NCBI RefSeq assembly: GCF_001194135.2
Contig: NC_068988.1
Coordinates: 29,489,168-29,553,167 of the forward strand
Reading direction: 5' to 3'
Source of the DNA: Octopus bimaculoides
Lineage: Eukaryota
Length of the DNA: 64,000 nt
The notes beneath the pieces are model-generated. The model was not told the DNA's origin. It made no database searches and saw only the letters and a program-made list of their open reading frames with translations. The position numbers and the translations under genes were made by a program. The first letter of the stretch is position 1; the number at the start of each line of letters is the position of its first letter. Below, piece by piece: positions 48,006 to 61,150 of this stretch.

Positions 48006-48100
48006 AAAAAATATTGAACGCTTCACGAATTTGCATGTTGTCCTTGCACAGGAGCCATGATAATGTCTGTATCATTCCAATTTTAGAATATGTACTGCCA
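48006..48100 (-). pseudogene. U6: U6 snRNA pseudogene, lacking about 10 nt at the 5' end
   Basis: Minus strand reads ggcagtacatattctaaaattggaatgatacagacattatcatggctcctgtgcaaggacaacatgcaaattcgtgaagcgttcaatatttttt, which aligns to U6; the ACAGAGA box and AGC triad are mutated. Confidence 0.93.
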
Positions 48101-48109
48101 TAATATAAT

Positions 48110-48440
48110 CATCATCATCATCATACTCATTTAACATCTATTTTCCATGCTAACATGGGGTGTACGGTTTGGCCAGAGCTAGCAAGCAGGCGAACTGCAC
48201 TGAGTTCCAGTCTGATTTGGCCCTTCCTAATGCCAACCACTTTACAGAACGTTGTGGGTGCTTTTTACATGGTGCCTCAAGCACAGGGCTCTTGCAGGTC
48301 AATCCTCTTCAGCAGTGGGAGTGGTATTAACACTTCTGCTGTGGAGGCTGGGTCTTCTTGAGTATAGCCAGGCATCGGATATCTTGGTCCTTCATCATCC
48401 CTTCCATTAGATTCAGTGTTCTGAGGTCATCCTTCGGTAC
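48110..48440 (-). mobile_element. 5'-truncated RTE LINE (ORF end plus 3' UTR and GAT tail)
   Basis: EVPKDDLRTLNLMEGMMKDQDIRCLAILKKT resembles the RTE C-terminus and is followed by the family R core and tail. Confidence 0.75.
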
Positions 48441-48694
48441 TTCTTATATATGTGGATATGTGTGAATGTGTATCTGTATGTGTGTGTATATATATATATA
48501 TGAGAGGTATTGGTATCCAGATGACTCAAGATGTAAGTGCTATGGGAGGACCATAGTTAGACTCTCAGTTCAATAATAATACGAGTGTTGGAGTCTAATG
48601 TGAGTCTTGTGTGAGCATGTCTATGTTAAATAAAATGAGACAACAAAACCAAGGCTGTTTGGAATTTCTAGGACATTTATAAAGAGAAAGGTAG

Positions 48695-48740
48695 TCTTAC
48701 AGCTGTTTCTGGGATATTAGGGATATCCCTTCACCAGAGA
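48695..48740 (-). ncRNA. Degenerate minimal type I hammerhead motif with palindromic stem III
   Basis: TCT-CTGGTGA-A-GGGATAT-CCCTA-ATATCCC-A-GAAAC-AGCT-GTA-AGA. Confidence 0.55.
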
Positions 48741-48989
48741 TGATATGAGAGAGTTACTAGGGGGAAATAGTAGAGTTCAGTATAAGGAGTTATTTTGGCA
48801 AAGGATGGATATGGGAAGTATAGAGGGAAATAAGAGAATAAAGATAAAAATAAAAATATATGTAAGCTGTTACAGTTGCAGTTCCATTATCCAAGGAAAT
48901 TGCTATGTAGAATGGGTAGAAATGCTTCTCGTCCATGGTATGTAGATTCCAATAGGAGGTCATATTTTGTTATTACAAGTGGATAGTGT

Positions 48990-49066
48990 CCATATAGCTA
49001 TTGGGGTCCACCAGAATGAAATAGTAACCAAAGGAGTCCATAAATAAAAATGATTGAGAACCCCTG
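48990..49066 (-). mobile_element. hAT-type MITE terminal fragment
   Basis: Reverse-complement end CAGGGGTTCTCAATCATTTTT..TGGACTCC; partner TIR not found. Confidence 0.55.
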
Positions 49067-49621
49067 GTATAAACTGTATAAGGGAGCTATAACTCATTGT
49101 ACTCTAGAAAAACTTATCATATACCTCATAATAATACATGATATTGTTTCCCTGTCTTTTATATTTAGTTACCATTTTTATAAAAAGGCTTAACAATAAC
49201 ATTTATATTGAACCTGATTTAACTATTTGGCATTTTAAATTCCTATTCTTCAAAGCTGAAGTATCATTTTTCAAACTGGAAATACACAAACAAGAAATAT
49301 AGTACTCATAACTTTTGTGGTCTCATAACTGAGTCCATTCAAATACTATAAAATAAGACTAAAAAAATTTAAACCAATTGAGGAGAAGAAGTTATGAGAA
49401 GTCATTTTAAAAGCTATTTTGATTATAGATTTCTGCTCAGATCTGCTTCAGACTTTAATGAGTTTGTTACAATAAAAAACAAATTCATTAAACATATATT
49501 TTAGAATTTATACGGTACACTATTATACTGGTATTCTTATTAAATTTCACTGCTTTTATTACATAAACATTTTAATGCCAGCATATTAAAAATTAGTTTT
49601 AAACATATACAGCAGCAGCAA

Positions 49622-49658
<37 letters not shown>

Positions 49659-50044
49659 TTTTGTTTGAAATTAAATATGGGGAAAATGTATGTGCCTTTA
49701 TTTATATAAATTAGTTCTATTTATTTGTTTTTAACATTAATTTTTATTCATAGGTTTATTGTCTCTGTATGTCCTTTCTCATTAATCAACATAGAAAAGT
49801 AACGTGGATTTCATCAAAATGTTAATAAGTCTATTGTTGATCTAGTGAATACAATGAAGAAAATAGATTCTACTCAAATATTTCTCAAGACAAGTGTATG
49901 TAAAGTAGATTTGTGTAGGAGTCCAATGAAGAAATTACTTTATATAATTACTGTGTATTTACCAATGAAATGATTTGCACAATTTTACATCACGATCTCT
50001 ATGGTTACGAGAAATTACATATCTGTGTTACTGTTGCTTCTTTT

Positions 50045-50089
50045 CTGATTGGCTATTGAAATCCTGAAAAACCACCACATTATATAAAA
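50045..50089 (+). promoter_or_regulatory. CCAAT (NF-Y) box plus TATA box
   Basis: CTGATTGGCT 50045-50054 and TATATAAAA 50081-50089. Confidence 0.25.
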
Positions 50090-50766
50090 TGGATTCTATA
50101 GGCATGTTATGTCTCTTGATAGATACTTGCTTTAATCAAATTTAATTTCATTTTTCCTTTCATTCAAAATTTAGAGGTTATTTTAAGAATTTATGGGCTT
50201 TGACATTTTTGTATCATATTAAATCTGTTTTATTGACATTCATTTTGAATAAATTTTTACTAATAGCTCTAAAAATAGCAGAATCAATTTATCCTTGTTT
50301 GATTATTGATATATTGGATTTTATATATTAGCGAGCTAGTTGGTACACCTTCACTTTGACCTGTTTTGTTATCAATTAAGATATTTTGACTACACACACA
50401 TTCACAAACAAACACACACACACATATATATATATAATCTTGAAATCACTTGTTATAGTAATTCATGTGTGACTGGAATATGAAAATAAAATATAAATGA
50501 TAATAAATCTTGGTAAAATTTAATATAAAAATCTGAAGCTTCCATTATAAGAAATAAGAATAAAAATTACAATTGTGTAATAATTATTATCAATAATGTT
50601 ATGTAGTAGTATTTTTCTTTTCAATAACGATTGTCAAATCTGAAAAGGAAACTGCTATTATAACAATCAGTTCATGGATGTTAACTTTCTACTCTCAATA
50701 CTTGTATGATCTGTCACAACAATGCAGTATTCAGTGTTTGTTACTGCTGATACTACTGCTACAAAC

Positions 50767-50798
<32 letters not shown>

Positions 50799-50800
50799 CA
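50767..50800. repeat. (GCT)n tract in a GC-elevated unique segment
   Basis: Directly visible. Confidence 0.9.
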
Positions 50801-51454
50801 GCTTCCTTAATTCTCTCTCTTCTTCTTTCAGTTTCTACTTCTATGTCAGTTACTGGCTGCTGTCTTCTAGCTTTTGGTTGTGTGTTTCTTCTCTAATTGG
50901 ATTCACCCAAAATGGGGTAATCAATATAGTCATAGAAAGTGGTGGCAACGATTGGTGGCTTGCTGTAGCCTTTTCTTCAGTATTGATTTGAGGGGGTTTC
51001 AGCTCCATGGTGAAGCTGGCGCAGTTTTACCATATATAGATATTTGCCTCGAGCTCTTTCTTTCCATTGATAATCTTTGTTAATACCAGAACATATCAAA
51101 TAGAAAGGATGAAGATATTTTCCTCTTCTATTTCCTCTTTGAAGGATTGAGCTTACGTAGTAAAAATTTCGGATTTGTACTACTACTGTTCCATGTACAA
51201 TCATTATTACAACTGCTACTATTTTCACTGTTTAAGCAGCTACATTTATTGATGTCACATTTAACTGGCAATGAAATGCAATTTTTATTTTTTTTATTGG
51301 GGGGAAGAACAGATTGATTAAAAAAAAGGTAAAACCCAACATTTCTGATACTCACCAGTAGCACATTCAGTTCCCTATTGGAATTTATCAAGGGAGAATA
51401 GCCAGCTTGGTGTGTTTTTGTTTCTTTCTTGGATTCTTAAAATATTGAAATTCT

Positions 51455-51491
51455 ATGACCATGGAGACTAACATGGGGTCAATCAGACACA
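51455..51491 (+). CDS. Candidate first coding exon MTMETNMGSIRH
   Basis: accATGG Kozak context at 51461 and donor CA/GTAAGT at 51491/51492; no homology recognised. Confidence 0.2.
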
Positions 51492-53087
51492 GTAAGTATT
51501 TTTCCTAGGTTTTGTAAAATTTATCAAAGTGATAGAAGAGAAAAAAAATGATTTTCCTCAATGTTGATTGTTAAAAATGTTAATAAATAAATTAAAAGCT
51601 ATATCTCCTTTGTCCTTTACCTAACACAGTATTCAGAAAACAAACCTTACTTAATGAACCTTGTTATTTTCTAATATAAATGATAATAATGGTTAATTTT
51701 AGAAAATTAAAGAGTATCAATGTGGTTTAGTACATTATTATTTTCGCAGTAGTTTACAGAAATAATTAAATTTCAAATAATCTGTAGCTTAGAGTCAAAA
51801 TACATTTTGTATTCCTTTTTATTTTATATATTAAATTATTTTTTTTCTACTTTCATTTGGTGTTACTCTTTTTAAAACATATTTTTAAAGAAATATTTTA
51901 AAATAATTATATATAAGATATTTCCATTTTAATTACTTGTCTACCTTTGTAATTTTTTGAGTATTCTCACAAAAAATTAATAAATCATCTATTTTAAATA
52001 TTGTTTGATATACACATTTCATAATTCATTTTTGTGTGATTCAATTTTTTATGTTATCTGGCCAGGTATTCATTATATGTAACATTATCAAGTATGAATA
52101 TATAGTGTCAATAATAACACGGTTTGTGTTAATGATGTTTGATGAGTTTAAAATTCTCTGTTTTGACTTATGAAACATATTTACTGATAATATAAAAGTC
52201 AACAAGAGCAGAGAAAATGGCATCTAGGAAAGCTTACATGATGAAAACTATTTTAAAAAAATCTATTTAATTACTGTAATATAATAAATAATTATCTGTA
52301 ACCTACAATTAGTGGATCAGTTACCATCAGACTATTTAAGTTGAAATGAATATAGTAGTGGATATAAAACACAGTAAGGTAAATCCTAAAAACAATACCA
52401 ATATTATGTTTGAGAAAGCTATATTTTTCTATTTCTTGCATCATAGAATAAGACTTTTATTTTTAATACATTGTTATTATTTTATTTAGTTTTTGGTTGG
52501 GGGTGGCTAAATGTATAACCACTAATGTCTATATGACAAGCATTATTTTCTAAGACAAATGTAAATATATGTAAATTTTAATTTTAACAAATCAAAATAC
52601 TAATATATTTTCTAGCAGGACATTGATAATTTAAAATCTTAACTAGTAATATTTAAACAAAGAATGATATTTATTTGTATTATACAATTTTTGAGATATA
52701 ATCAGAGACATTAACATATAATATGAAGGGAGTATCCTTTGGAATTATTATACAGCAAAGTTTGTTGCTAACAATAAATGGTAAGAGCAACCAGTATGGA
52801 AGAAAACCCCCCAAATAGTGTGTGGGCAATCATTAAGACTATTGGAGGAATTGATTTGGAATGTAGAAGGTCAGTAACTAGATATATTGACAGGCCATGC
52901 TGAAGCGAATAATTAAGAACATTGTCAGGCTATAGAGAGGTTATTTACTTCCAACATTGACTGCTGGTATTGAGTTGCTATATTGATTTAGAAATATTGA
53001 CTATAACGAAACAGAAAATATATGTTGTTATATATGTATTCATTTATTTATTCAATAGATAGACATATATAATAGTGGACCTATTAC

Positions 53088-53137
53088 NNNNNNNNNNNNN
53101 NNNNNNNNNNNNNNNNNNNNNNNNNNNNNNNNNNNNN
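53088..53137. other. Assembly gap
   Basis: Ns. Confidence 1.
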
Positions 53138-53461
53138 ATACGTATGTATGTGCATGTATATAAGTACATATATTTGTAAGGAGAGAGAAAGCTTGCCACA
53201 CACACACACACACACACACACAATTATAAATGAAGAGTAGTACATGTATATCTAAACATAAATAGATGCTCAGATATAATCACACATGTGTATATATTAT
53301 ACACATGTAGTCCCACCCATATACATATGGATCAGATACATGTGTGTGTGTGTGTGTGTGTATATATAATTGGATAGATAGATATGTATGTATATATATT
53401 ATGTATATGCATGCACACATACATATTGATATTTGCACACGTATACACAGATAGACAAGTG

Positions 53462-53517
<56 letters not shown>
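53462..53517. repeat. (GATA)n microsatellite
   Basis: Directly visible. Confidence 0.95.
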
Positions 53518-55117
53518 TTAGAATAGAGATTATTAGAGAAGTATGGTTTTGTAAGAACCTTACTGGTGGTGATTTATTCTTTCACTATTATAGAGTTGGT
53601 AGATAGAGTATTGTAGGACAAGTTGATAAGGAATGGGGAAAATACCATCCAAGTATATCTCAAAAGATTAGCTTTCAGATTGAACACGAACTCTATCAAT
53701 ATCTTTAAACTATATTCATCTTCAAGCTAAAAGAGGCTTTTAAGGGTTACTGTCATTCTTCCCATCTTCTTCAGGATACTTTTAAAAAACTGTAACACCT
53801 TGATGTTGCTATATTATATGTATCCATTTATATATGACCTAAAGAGGGATAGACTCTGTCAGGGTGACTAAATGGAGAGCCTTCTGGTGCTCCAGTCACT
53901 CAGTAGAGGTTATAGGTCATTGTGTGTGTGTGTGTGTGGAGGGGAGTATTGTGCATGTATATGTTTATAGACCTACAAACAGCAATGAACATAGTCTACT
54001 TGTTATATTGAATGTGCACTCATACTAAAAAATGAAAATGAGAAAAAATACTGGTTACTGTTTTTTGACCAAAGGCAAGAAGCAACAATAGTAATGAGAA
54101 GAAACATACATATGAGAAATATGTAGTTGCTGAAAGATATTTCAGTAAGGGAGATAAGGAACTTATCTACTTAGATGGGTATTTCCTAAGAATTATAATT
54201 TGTATAAATTAGAATGATTATTCAGAATTAGGTGTCATAGATTATAGATGCCTCAAAATGGATTGGTGTCAAACTAGTAAACTTATATGATCTCCAAGGA
54301 CAGTGTAATCAGTAAGGATTGGTGTAAAAGCATTACTGTAAAGATAAAGAGGAGGTGATGAACAGAGAAAAGTACAGGGGTCAGATATCAAGCTGTGGAT
54401 CAAATTATAAGGATGTTACAAAGAATGAAATTAGATAGATTATAAATCTCAGGATAGATACACCTTGAGTTTCATAGGTTGTAGTTCAGGTTTTATTTTA
54501 GCCAAGGAACTACATGTGTTAAATTTAATAGGGTGACAAAGAAGAGTCCATTTCAAACAGTGAATAGTTTGGTTTTTATCGGGACCAATGATTTGCTGGC
54601 TTAGTGGACAACAAGAAAGTTAACTGCATATGATGCTCATGAGGTTTTGTAGGCTGTGTATGATATAGCTAGGTTTAGATGAGGGAACAGCTGTAAGAAA
54701 CAAGAGAATGTAAGTTGAGAAAGTGTATGAGCAAGTATTAAATTCAGTAAAAAGCTAAAGAAATTATTTATTATATTGGCATAGGTGTTCAATATAAGCA
54801 TATGATGCTTGTTTAGAGAAGCGAAAGTCCTGACAATAGGAAGTAGAAAATAACTGTTAAAAAATTTGATTGAAGATGGGTTTGGATGAAGAAGCTAAAG
54901 AAGACTTCTGAATGTTAGGCCTGAATATCTCAAGATGGTTCAGGATCAACATAGACAGAAGATATGTTGTAGTATAGAACTGTCTAACTTGATCTAGTAT
55001 AGAAGACTTGATTGTACAAGGACACAGTTGATGAAATATACAAATAGGAATATTATGTGTGTGTGCAAGCATGTGTGTATATATTTATATGTATTATTTG
55101 TAGATATGTATGTAAAA

Positions 55118-55441
55118 ATGGCACATAAAAAGCACCATTTGAATGTGGCCGATGCCAGTACCCCCTGACTGGGCCCTGTGTCAGTGGCATGTACAAAGCA
55201 CTGTCCAAACGTGATCGGTTCCAGGTCCACCTAACTGGCTCTTGTGTCGGTGGCACGTAAAAAGCACCCACTACACTCACAGAGTGGTTGGCATTAGGAA
55301 GGGCATCCAGCTGTAGAAACATTGCCAGAGCAGATTGGAGCCTGGTGCAGCCACTGGCTCTCCAGACCTCAGTCAAACCGTCCAACCCATGCCAGAATGG
55401 AAAACGGACGTTAATTGATGATGATAATGATGAAGACGATG
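55118..55441 (+). mobile_element. Family R 3' end with 2-3 tandem units
   Basis: gtggccgatgccagtaccccctgactggg...ggtggcacgtaaaaagcacccactacact...(GAT)n. Confidence 0.9.
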
Positions 55442-56062
55442 GTGTATATGTATATTATATGTATGTGTGCATGAGTAAAATGAAAGTATATTTGCCTAAT
55501 GAAAAATCACCATTTTATTTTTTCTGCGTATGTTTTATTAGCTTTATTTAAATTTGTATGTAAATTATTGATGCGTATATTGTCTAGTTGGATTCATTAA
55601 GAAATTGGATTTTGGGACTGAAGAAATTATAGTTCTATCTTTAGAGTTTCTTCAATATGCTCAGAAAATACCCCACCTACACACTTATGTATGCCCTATT
55701 TACTGTCATATAGTCATATTTGTACACATAAAATATATAAAAAAAACAGCATTTTAACATTCTAAAACATTATTTTATTCTTATACGGGGTGGATCTACC
55801 AGGGTATTTGAATTGTGTATTTTTTATATATAAGTACCAACCTGCCTTCTAGGGACCTCTCTCTCTTCAACAATCTCTCTTCCAAGCCATTTTTCTCCCT
55901 CATTCATTTCTGTACTCTCTCTTTCCAACTTTAATTCTCTATCTGTCCCTGTCTGTTTGTCTGTCTGTATGTCTGCCTCTCTCTCTCTGTATATGTATGT
56001 ATGTATGTATTTAATGTTCAGATTATGCCAGCATGGAAAATGGACATTAAAATGACGATGAT

Positions 56063-56097
<35 letters not shown>

Positions 56098-56106
56098 ACA
56101 TACATA

Positions 56107-56150
<44 letters not shown>

Positions 56151-58024
56151 TATAAGTAGACACCTTCACATATTCATATACACAAATGCAAATATATGCT
56201 GATAGTTGTAGCATACATTAATCAGGATATGTGGGTTATCAGAATATTGTTATTGTATGAGTTAAGATATGCTCACTCAGATCTAAATTTATTATTTGAT
56301 TAAACATTTTCAGTTGGGACCAGGACATTTCTCAGGTCAATTTGTCCAGAGTTAGCTGTTCTAAATCTTAAGTAACTAATGTGACATTGTCTGAAATGGT
56401 ATCCCTTCTTCGCACCAGTTAGAACTGTGACATTACAGGAAATTCTTTGAGATAGGAATGGTCTGTCATTCATAATGATTTGATGTTTTTCTCTTCTTTA
56501 GAAAGAATTTCTTTCCATCCCTTATTAATAAATTTCTCACTCAATATTCAAGAGTAACTTGGAATTTTTTAAATCTAGTTTCTCTTAACTATAAATATTT
56601 CCTTTATCTTCATATGTTTATTGACTGATATTGTTCAAGGTGAAATAACTCTGTAATGTCATCAATGGCAACTAAAATATTTGTCAGTGAAATGTTAATT
56701 ATAGAATAACAATCGAAGAGCCCAAAAAGCTATATTAATTATTACATAATATTCTATATAAATAAAAGAAGTTGAATGATTATTTTTGTACTTCAGCAAA
56801 AAAGGTGTGGATTTATTTGATTAAGATGTATCAAGATTGTTAAAAATTATTTTTTCAAATTATTTTAAACAATGTTACCTACTCATATTTCCTTTCAGTA
56901 TATATCTCCAGTATAATGAAACAAATTGCTAATATAAAATTTCATAAAACAACAACCTGTATACCCTTATGAAAGTATTTTCAAATAGTCTTTATTTTCA
57001 TGTAAACATTGGTTTTAAAGCTTTAACTTTTTTAAGAGCAAATAAAAAATATTCATTGCTTTACTTTTTTTACTAATTTTTTTACATGTTCCAAGATTAG
57101 AGTGTTGCTTATCATTATTTAAAATCTATTTGGCCAAAATTAATAGGTTAATATCTTTCTCTTTTAATTTTTTACGAATAACTATTTTACTTGATAGTAA
57201 ATTGCCTCTGTATTTACTTTCAAACTTACATAGCTGTAAATTTATGATTAATTAGTATGAAATGATCTTGTGTACAGATTAAAAAAGAATAGATATGATA
57301 ATGTTTGTATCTGAATGATTTACCTTAATGTACTTTATATTGAAATTTGACAAAGAAATTAAGTGGATGAGTTTAAGAAACTAACGAAGTACTGTAGCTT
57401 CAACATCTGCACATGTGAATTAAATCAGATGCAGATTAGATCACTTACTGCTGAGGGATTACGTTAATCTGATTAACAAAAATCATCATTTTACACTTTA
57501 GATATGGTACACCCCTTCCAGGTATAACTTTTAATCTATGGGATAAACATTTCGTATGAGCAAAGTGAATAGTAGCTACTAATAACCAACCACTAGGACT
57601 TAGTTTCTTTGATTAGTTGAAATGTTTATTTGGAATTGTGAATAAAACTTACAAGCTGAAATTTATGCAAAAATATATAAAATAGACTTTTACTTTAGGC
57701 AGAAAGACTACAATGAAATTGACAATGGCAAAATTAATCTCTTTTTTCTTTGTTGTGTATACTGTATGTTCAACCCCTATTGAAAATGAATATAATATGG
57801 TTGAACGTTCTTTAATTAATCCTAGTTTAACATTTTTATTATACATAAAAATGATGCAAGGTGAGATGGGAGTTGTTTGACTGAACTCTATTTCTGGAGA
57901 AAAATACTAACTTTCCCAGTTATCCGATAATAACAAGCCTAGCCAATTAAAAAACATTAGATAAAATACCTTATTCGCTGATTAACCTCTAAAATGTAGT
58001 AATTAAAAAATACTTTATCTATAT

Positions 58025-58420
58025 CATTATCATTATCATTATTATCATCATTCCTCATCAACATCATTTAATGTCTGTTTTCCATCCTGTTATGGGTTGG
58101 ACGGTTTGACAGGATCCAGTGAGATGCAGGGCAGCATCAAGCTTCAGTGTATAAGCTTTGGTATAGTTTCTATAGCTACACCCTTCCTAATGCCAAGCAC
58201 TTTACACTGTGTATTGGGGGATTTTCTCCTGCCATCAGCACTAGTAAGGTTGCCAAGTAACTTGCAAAACCAGAAATGCACGAGAGAAGTCCCCTCAATT
58301 AAGTGGTGAGAGTATTTGAGATGGGGAGCTGGCTTTATGCTGAGTCTTGGAAGGCTAAAGTATGACAGATGGACAGTACAGGTGTCTTAGTATAGAGGTG
58401 ATGCTGAGCTACCCCCATAT
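58025..58420 (-). mobile_element. Diverged family R end with longer upstream part
   Basis: (ATC/ATT)n, atttaatgtctgttttccat...gggttggacggtttgacag...cccttcctaatgccaa. Confidence 0.75.
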
Positions 58421-59290
58421 TATATAAGAGTGGTTGGAAGACTTATTACTTGAATTTTTATATTATTGTCATTAACAATAAATAAAATTTATTATATATT
58501 GATTTTTATCTTTGGGACAGATTTACAACTTTGAATAGAAGTTACAGAGTTGGTTGAAAGGGGTCTGTAATATTAGCACCATTTATTTTGCTGATCCAAA
58601 ATATAAGGTAGACTGGCTCACCAATAGTGAAATTCAAGCTCAGAGCAGATACTAGTTAAAATAAATACCATGAGGTATTTAGTCCAGAATTCTCTGAGTT
58701 CTTTTTTTCTCACACATTTTATTACATATTGATACAATAAAAGAATGCTCAAGTTAGCATCATCCAACTTGATGAATTCTGATGAATTCCTATTTCCTTT
58801 GCAGTATTCTATCTATCATGGCATACAAAGAACAATACAAGAAAACTATGTGTATGTGTGTGTGTAAATGGTTTCACTATACTATTTGTTGTGGATCTCT
58901 TTTCACACATTTATGTATGGCCATAAAAAATCTGTCTCAACAAATTCTGCACCACTGATGCAGACATGGAAAAGTGAATGTTAAAACAACGATGATAATG
59001 ATGATGATGTGTCTTTTCCAGGGTTTTGCAACTTAGCACACTGTTTTCAATGTTGTACACTTTATCCACTCAAAAAAAAATAATGTTTGGATTGAAATAG
59101 ATTATGATTTGCATCTTGGAAAATTAAAAATGTAAGACCTATTAACTTCGACACATTTGTACAATCATCAAACACACTGTACTTATGTATATATGCATAT
59201 ATGTACCTATATATAATTTATGTGTGTGTGTGTGGGGGTGTATGTATATACTCATATATACATAAAATCCAGTATCCTAACCACTATATA

Positions 59291-59331
<41 letters not shown>

Positions 59332-59629
59332 GTTTATATTTATTGTATTATATTGTTTCTTGTTCATTTTGCAAAGTCTTCTTAATTCACATCAAGCATT
59401 GAATTTTTCTCACGATCCTCTTTGCTCTTATTTCAACAGTTGGAAATGGAGCAGTTTTTCTGTGACTGAGAATTTCTTTGTCTTTCTAACTTACAAGAAC
59501 CTGTTGTATATTTGAAAAATCATCTCTGCACTTTCTTTGTTTTTCTCTGTCTCTCATTCCATTACTCTCCTACTCTCCATTATTCTCACTCATCTACTCT
59601 TATAGTTTGCTACTCCACCTCTTCTTATC

Positions 59630-59663
59630 ACGCTTTCTCACCTACACACACACACACACGCAC

Positions 59664-59711
<48 letters not shown>

Positions 59712-59960
59712 ACACATATAGTTCCCTTGCTTTTCTCTCAATTAAAATCTGTCTTCACTTCTTCCCTTCATTTCCTAACATATTCCCCACCATTTCAATA
59801 TCTGTACACAAATCTCTTTCTCACTCTCTCTCACTCACTCTCTCTTTCTCACTCTCTCTCACTCACTCTCTCTTTCTCACACACACACACACTCTCTCTT
59901 TTGCTTTCTCTCTCTCTCTCACTCTCTTTCCATCTTTCCCCCTCTCTCTCTCACCCTCTA
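59630..59960. repeat. (CA)n and (CT)n microsatellite cluster
   Basis: Directly visible. Confidence 0.9.
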
Positions 59961-60699
59961 CTTACATGAGGTATATTAGCTTCTGAACTGGTATTTATGA
60001 TACAGTTCCTATGAAACAATATATTCATTTTCTCTGAAATACAATGTTCACAACCATTGTCACCTTGATCATAAATACGTTCTAATATTGTTTTGTCAAA
60101 ATATTTGCTGAAATATTTTAAAATGCCTTATAGTTTAACATGGGAAAGCTTCATACCATACTGTTTACATGTCCCAAACAAAACAAAATGTTCTTTTGTT
60201 AACATGCATCTCAAATTGAATGTTTTTGGTGTCATAAATTGGAATATTTCATAGGAATATATCAAAAGGCCTAACAAATGAAAGTTGGCCAGTCCTGTGT
60301 AAGAGGTTTTCTACCGTTACTGTACATATTTAATGTTTTTTCCCCAATTTCTATATATAATATATGCTTGTTTGACTCATTTCTTTTACTGCTTTTGCTT
60401 GAAAATCAATAAATGCAGTCACAGTTTGTGAAGTTTCAGCTTAAAATAAATTTTATTATATTACTCTGTTTCATTGTATTCAATTGTTCTTTCTCTGGGT
60501 TGTTTTACACTCTTGTATATTCCATTCTGATATTGCTCCTGAATTGCTGGGTCCTTTTCAAATACACAATGTACCAACAAAATTATGAATCAACATTTGT
60601 TGGATTTCTCAACAAAAGAATATAGTCATACCACCAAGAAAACATACATGAAAAGACTAATACATAACACTGAAGAATTTTTAAAGTAAATGTATAGGA

Positions 60700-61150
60700 A
60701 GGTTTTCTGTTTTGATAAAGATGATCTGGATATGTCTTTGCATAAAAAGTTAGGTTTTAAGACCAAGAAGTATCGATCCCAAAACAAGCTATTGGACCTG
60801 TTCAAATTGGAGATTTTCAACTTTATTAGAAGAGTAAAATTCAAGAAAATGTCCAGATTGCAACTGAATTTATAGAATTATTTCAAAACTTTTCAAATTC
60901 AATGAACATTTTTGTTCACTTAGTCAAAACTAAAAATTTGTATGAAATTATAAGATTTTTACCTTACACCATTGCTAATACTTTCAAAGCTAACAACAAG
61001 GTCACTGCTTCTCCCAGGAATACTACAACTGTTAGGGGTTACATCCTCACCTAAGTACACTAAAAAGATTCCTTCAAGTTGCTTAGCTATAGTTTCTTGC
61101 TTGAAGAAGCTTGGGAAACACTAGTATCAGCCCATTAAATCAATCCAGCT
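60700..61150 (+). mobile_element. Decayed Penelope-like element ORF N-terminal region
   Basis: LGFKTKKYRSQNKLLDLFKLEIFNFIRRVKFKK, NIFVHLVKTKNLYEI and INPA resemble recalled PLE motifs (YGFKS..ELxxFExDL..IKF; VxADKTRNLY; LINPAK). Confidence 0.45.

Noticed and set aside
48006-48100. Functional U6 gene
   Set aside because: 5' truncated, ACAGAGA and AGC mutated, and its upstream region is a LINE tail with no room for PSE/TATA.
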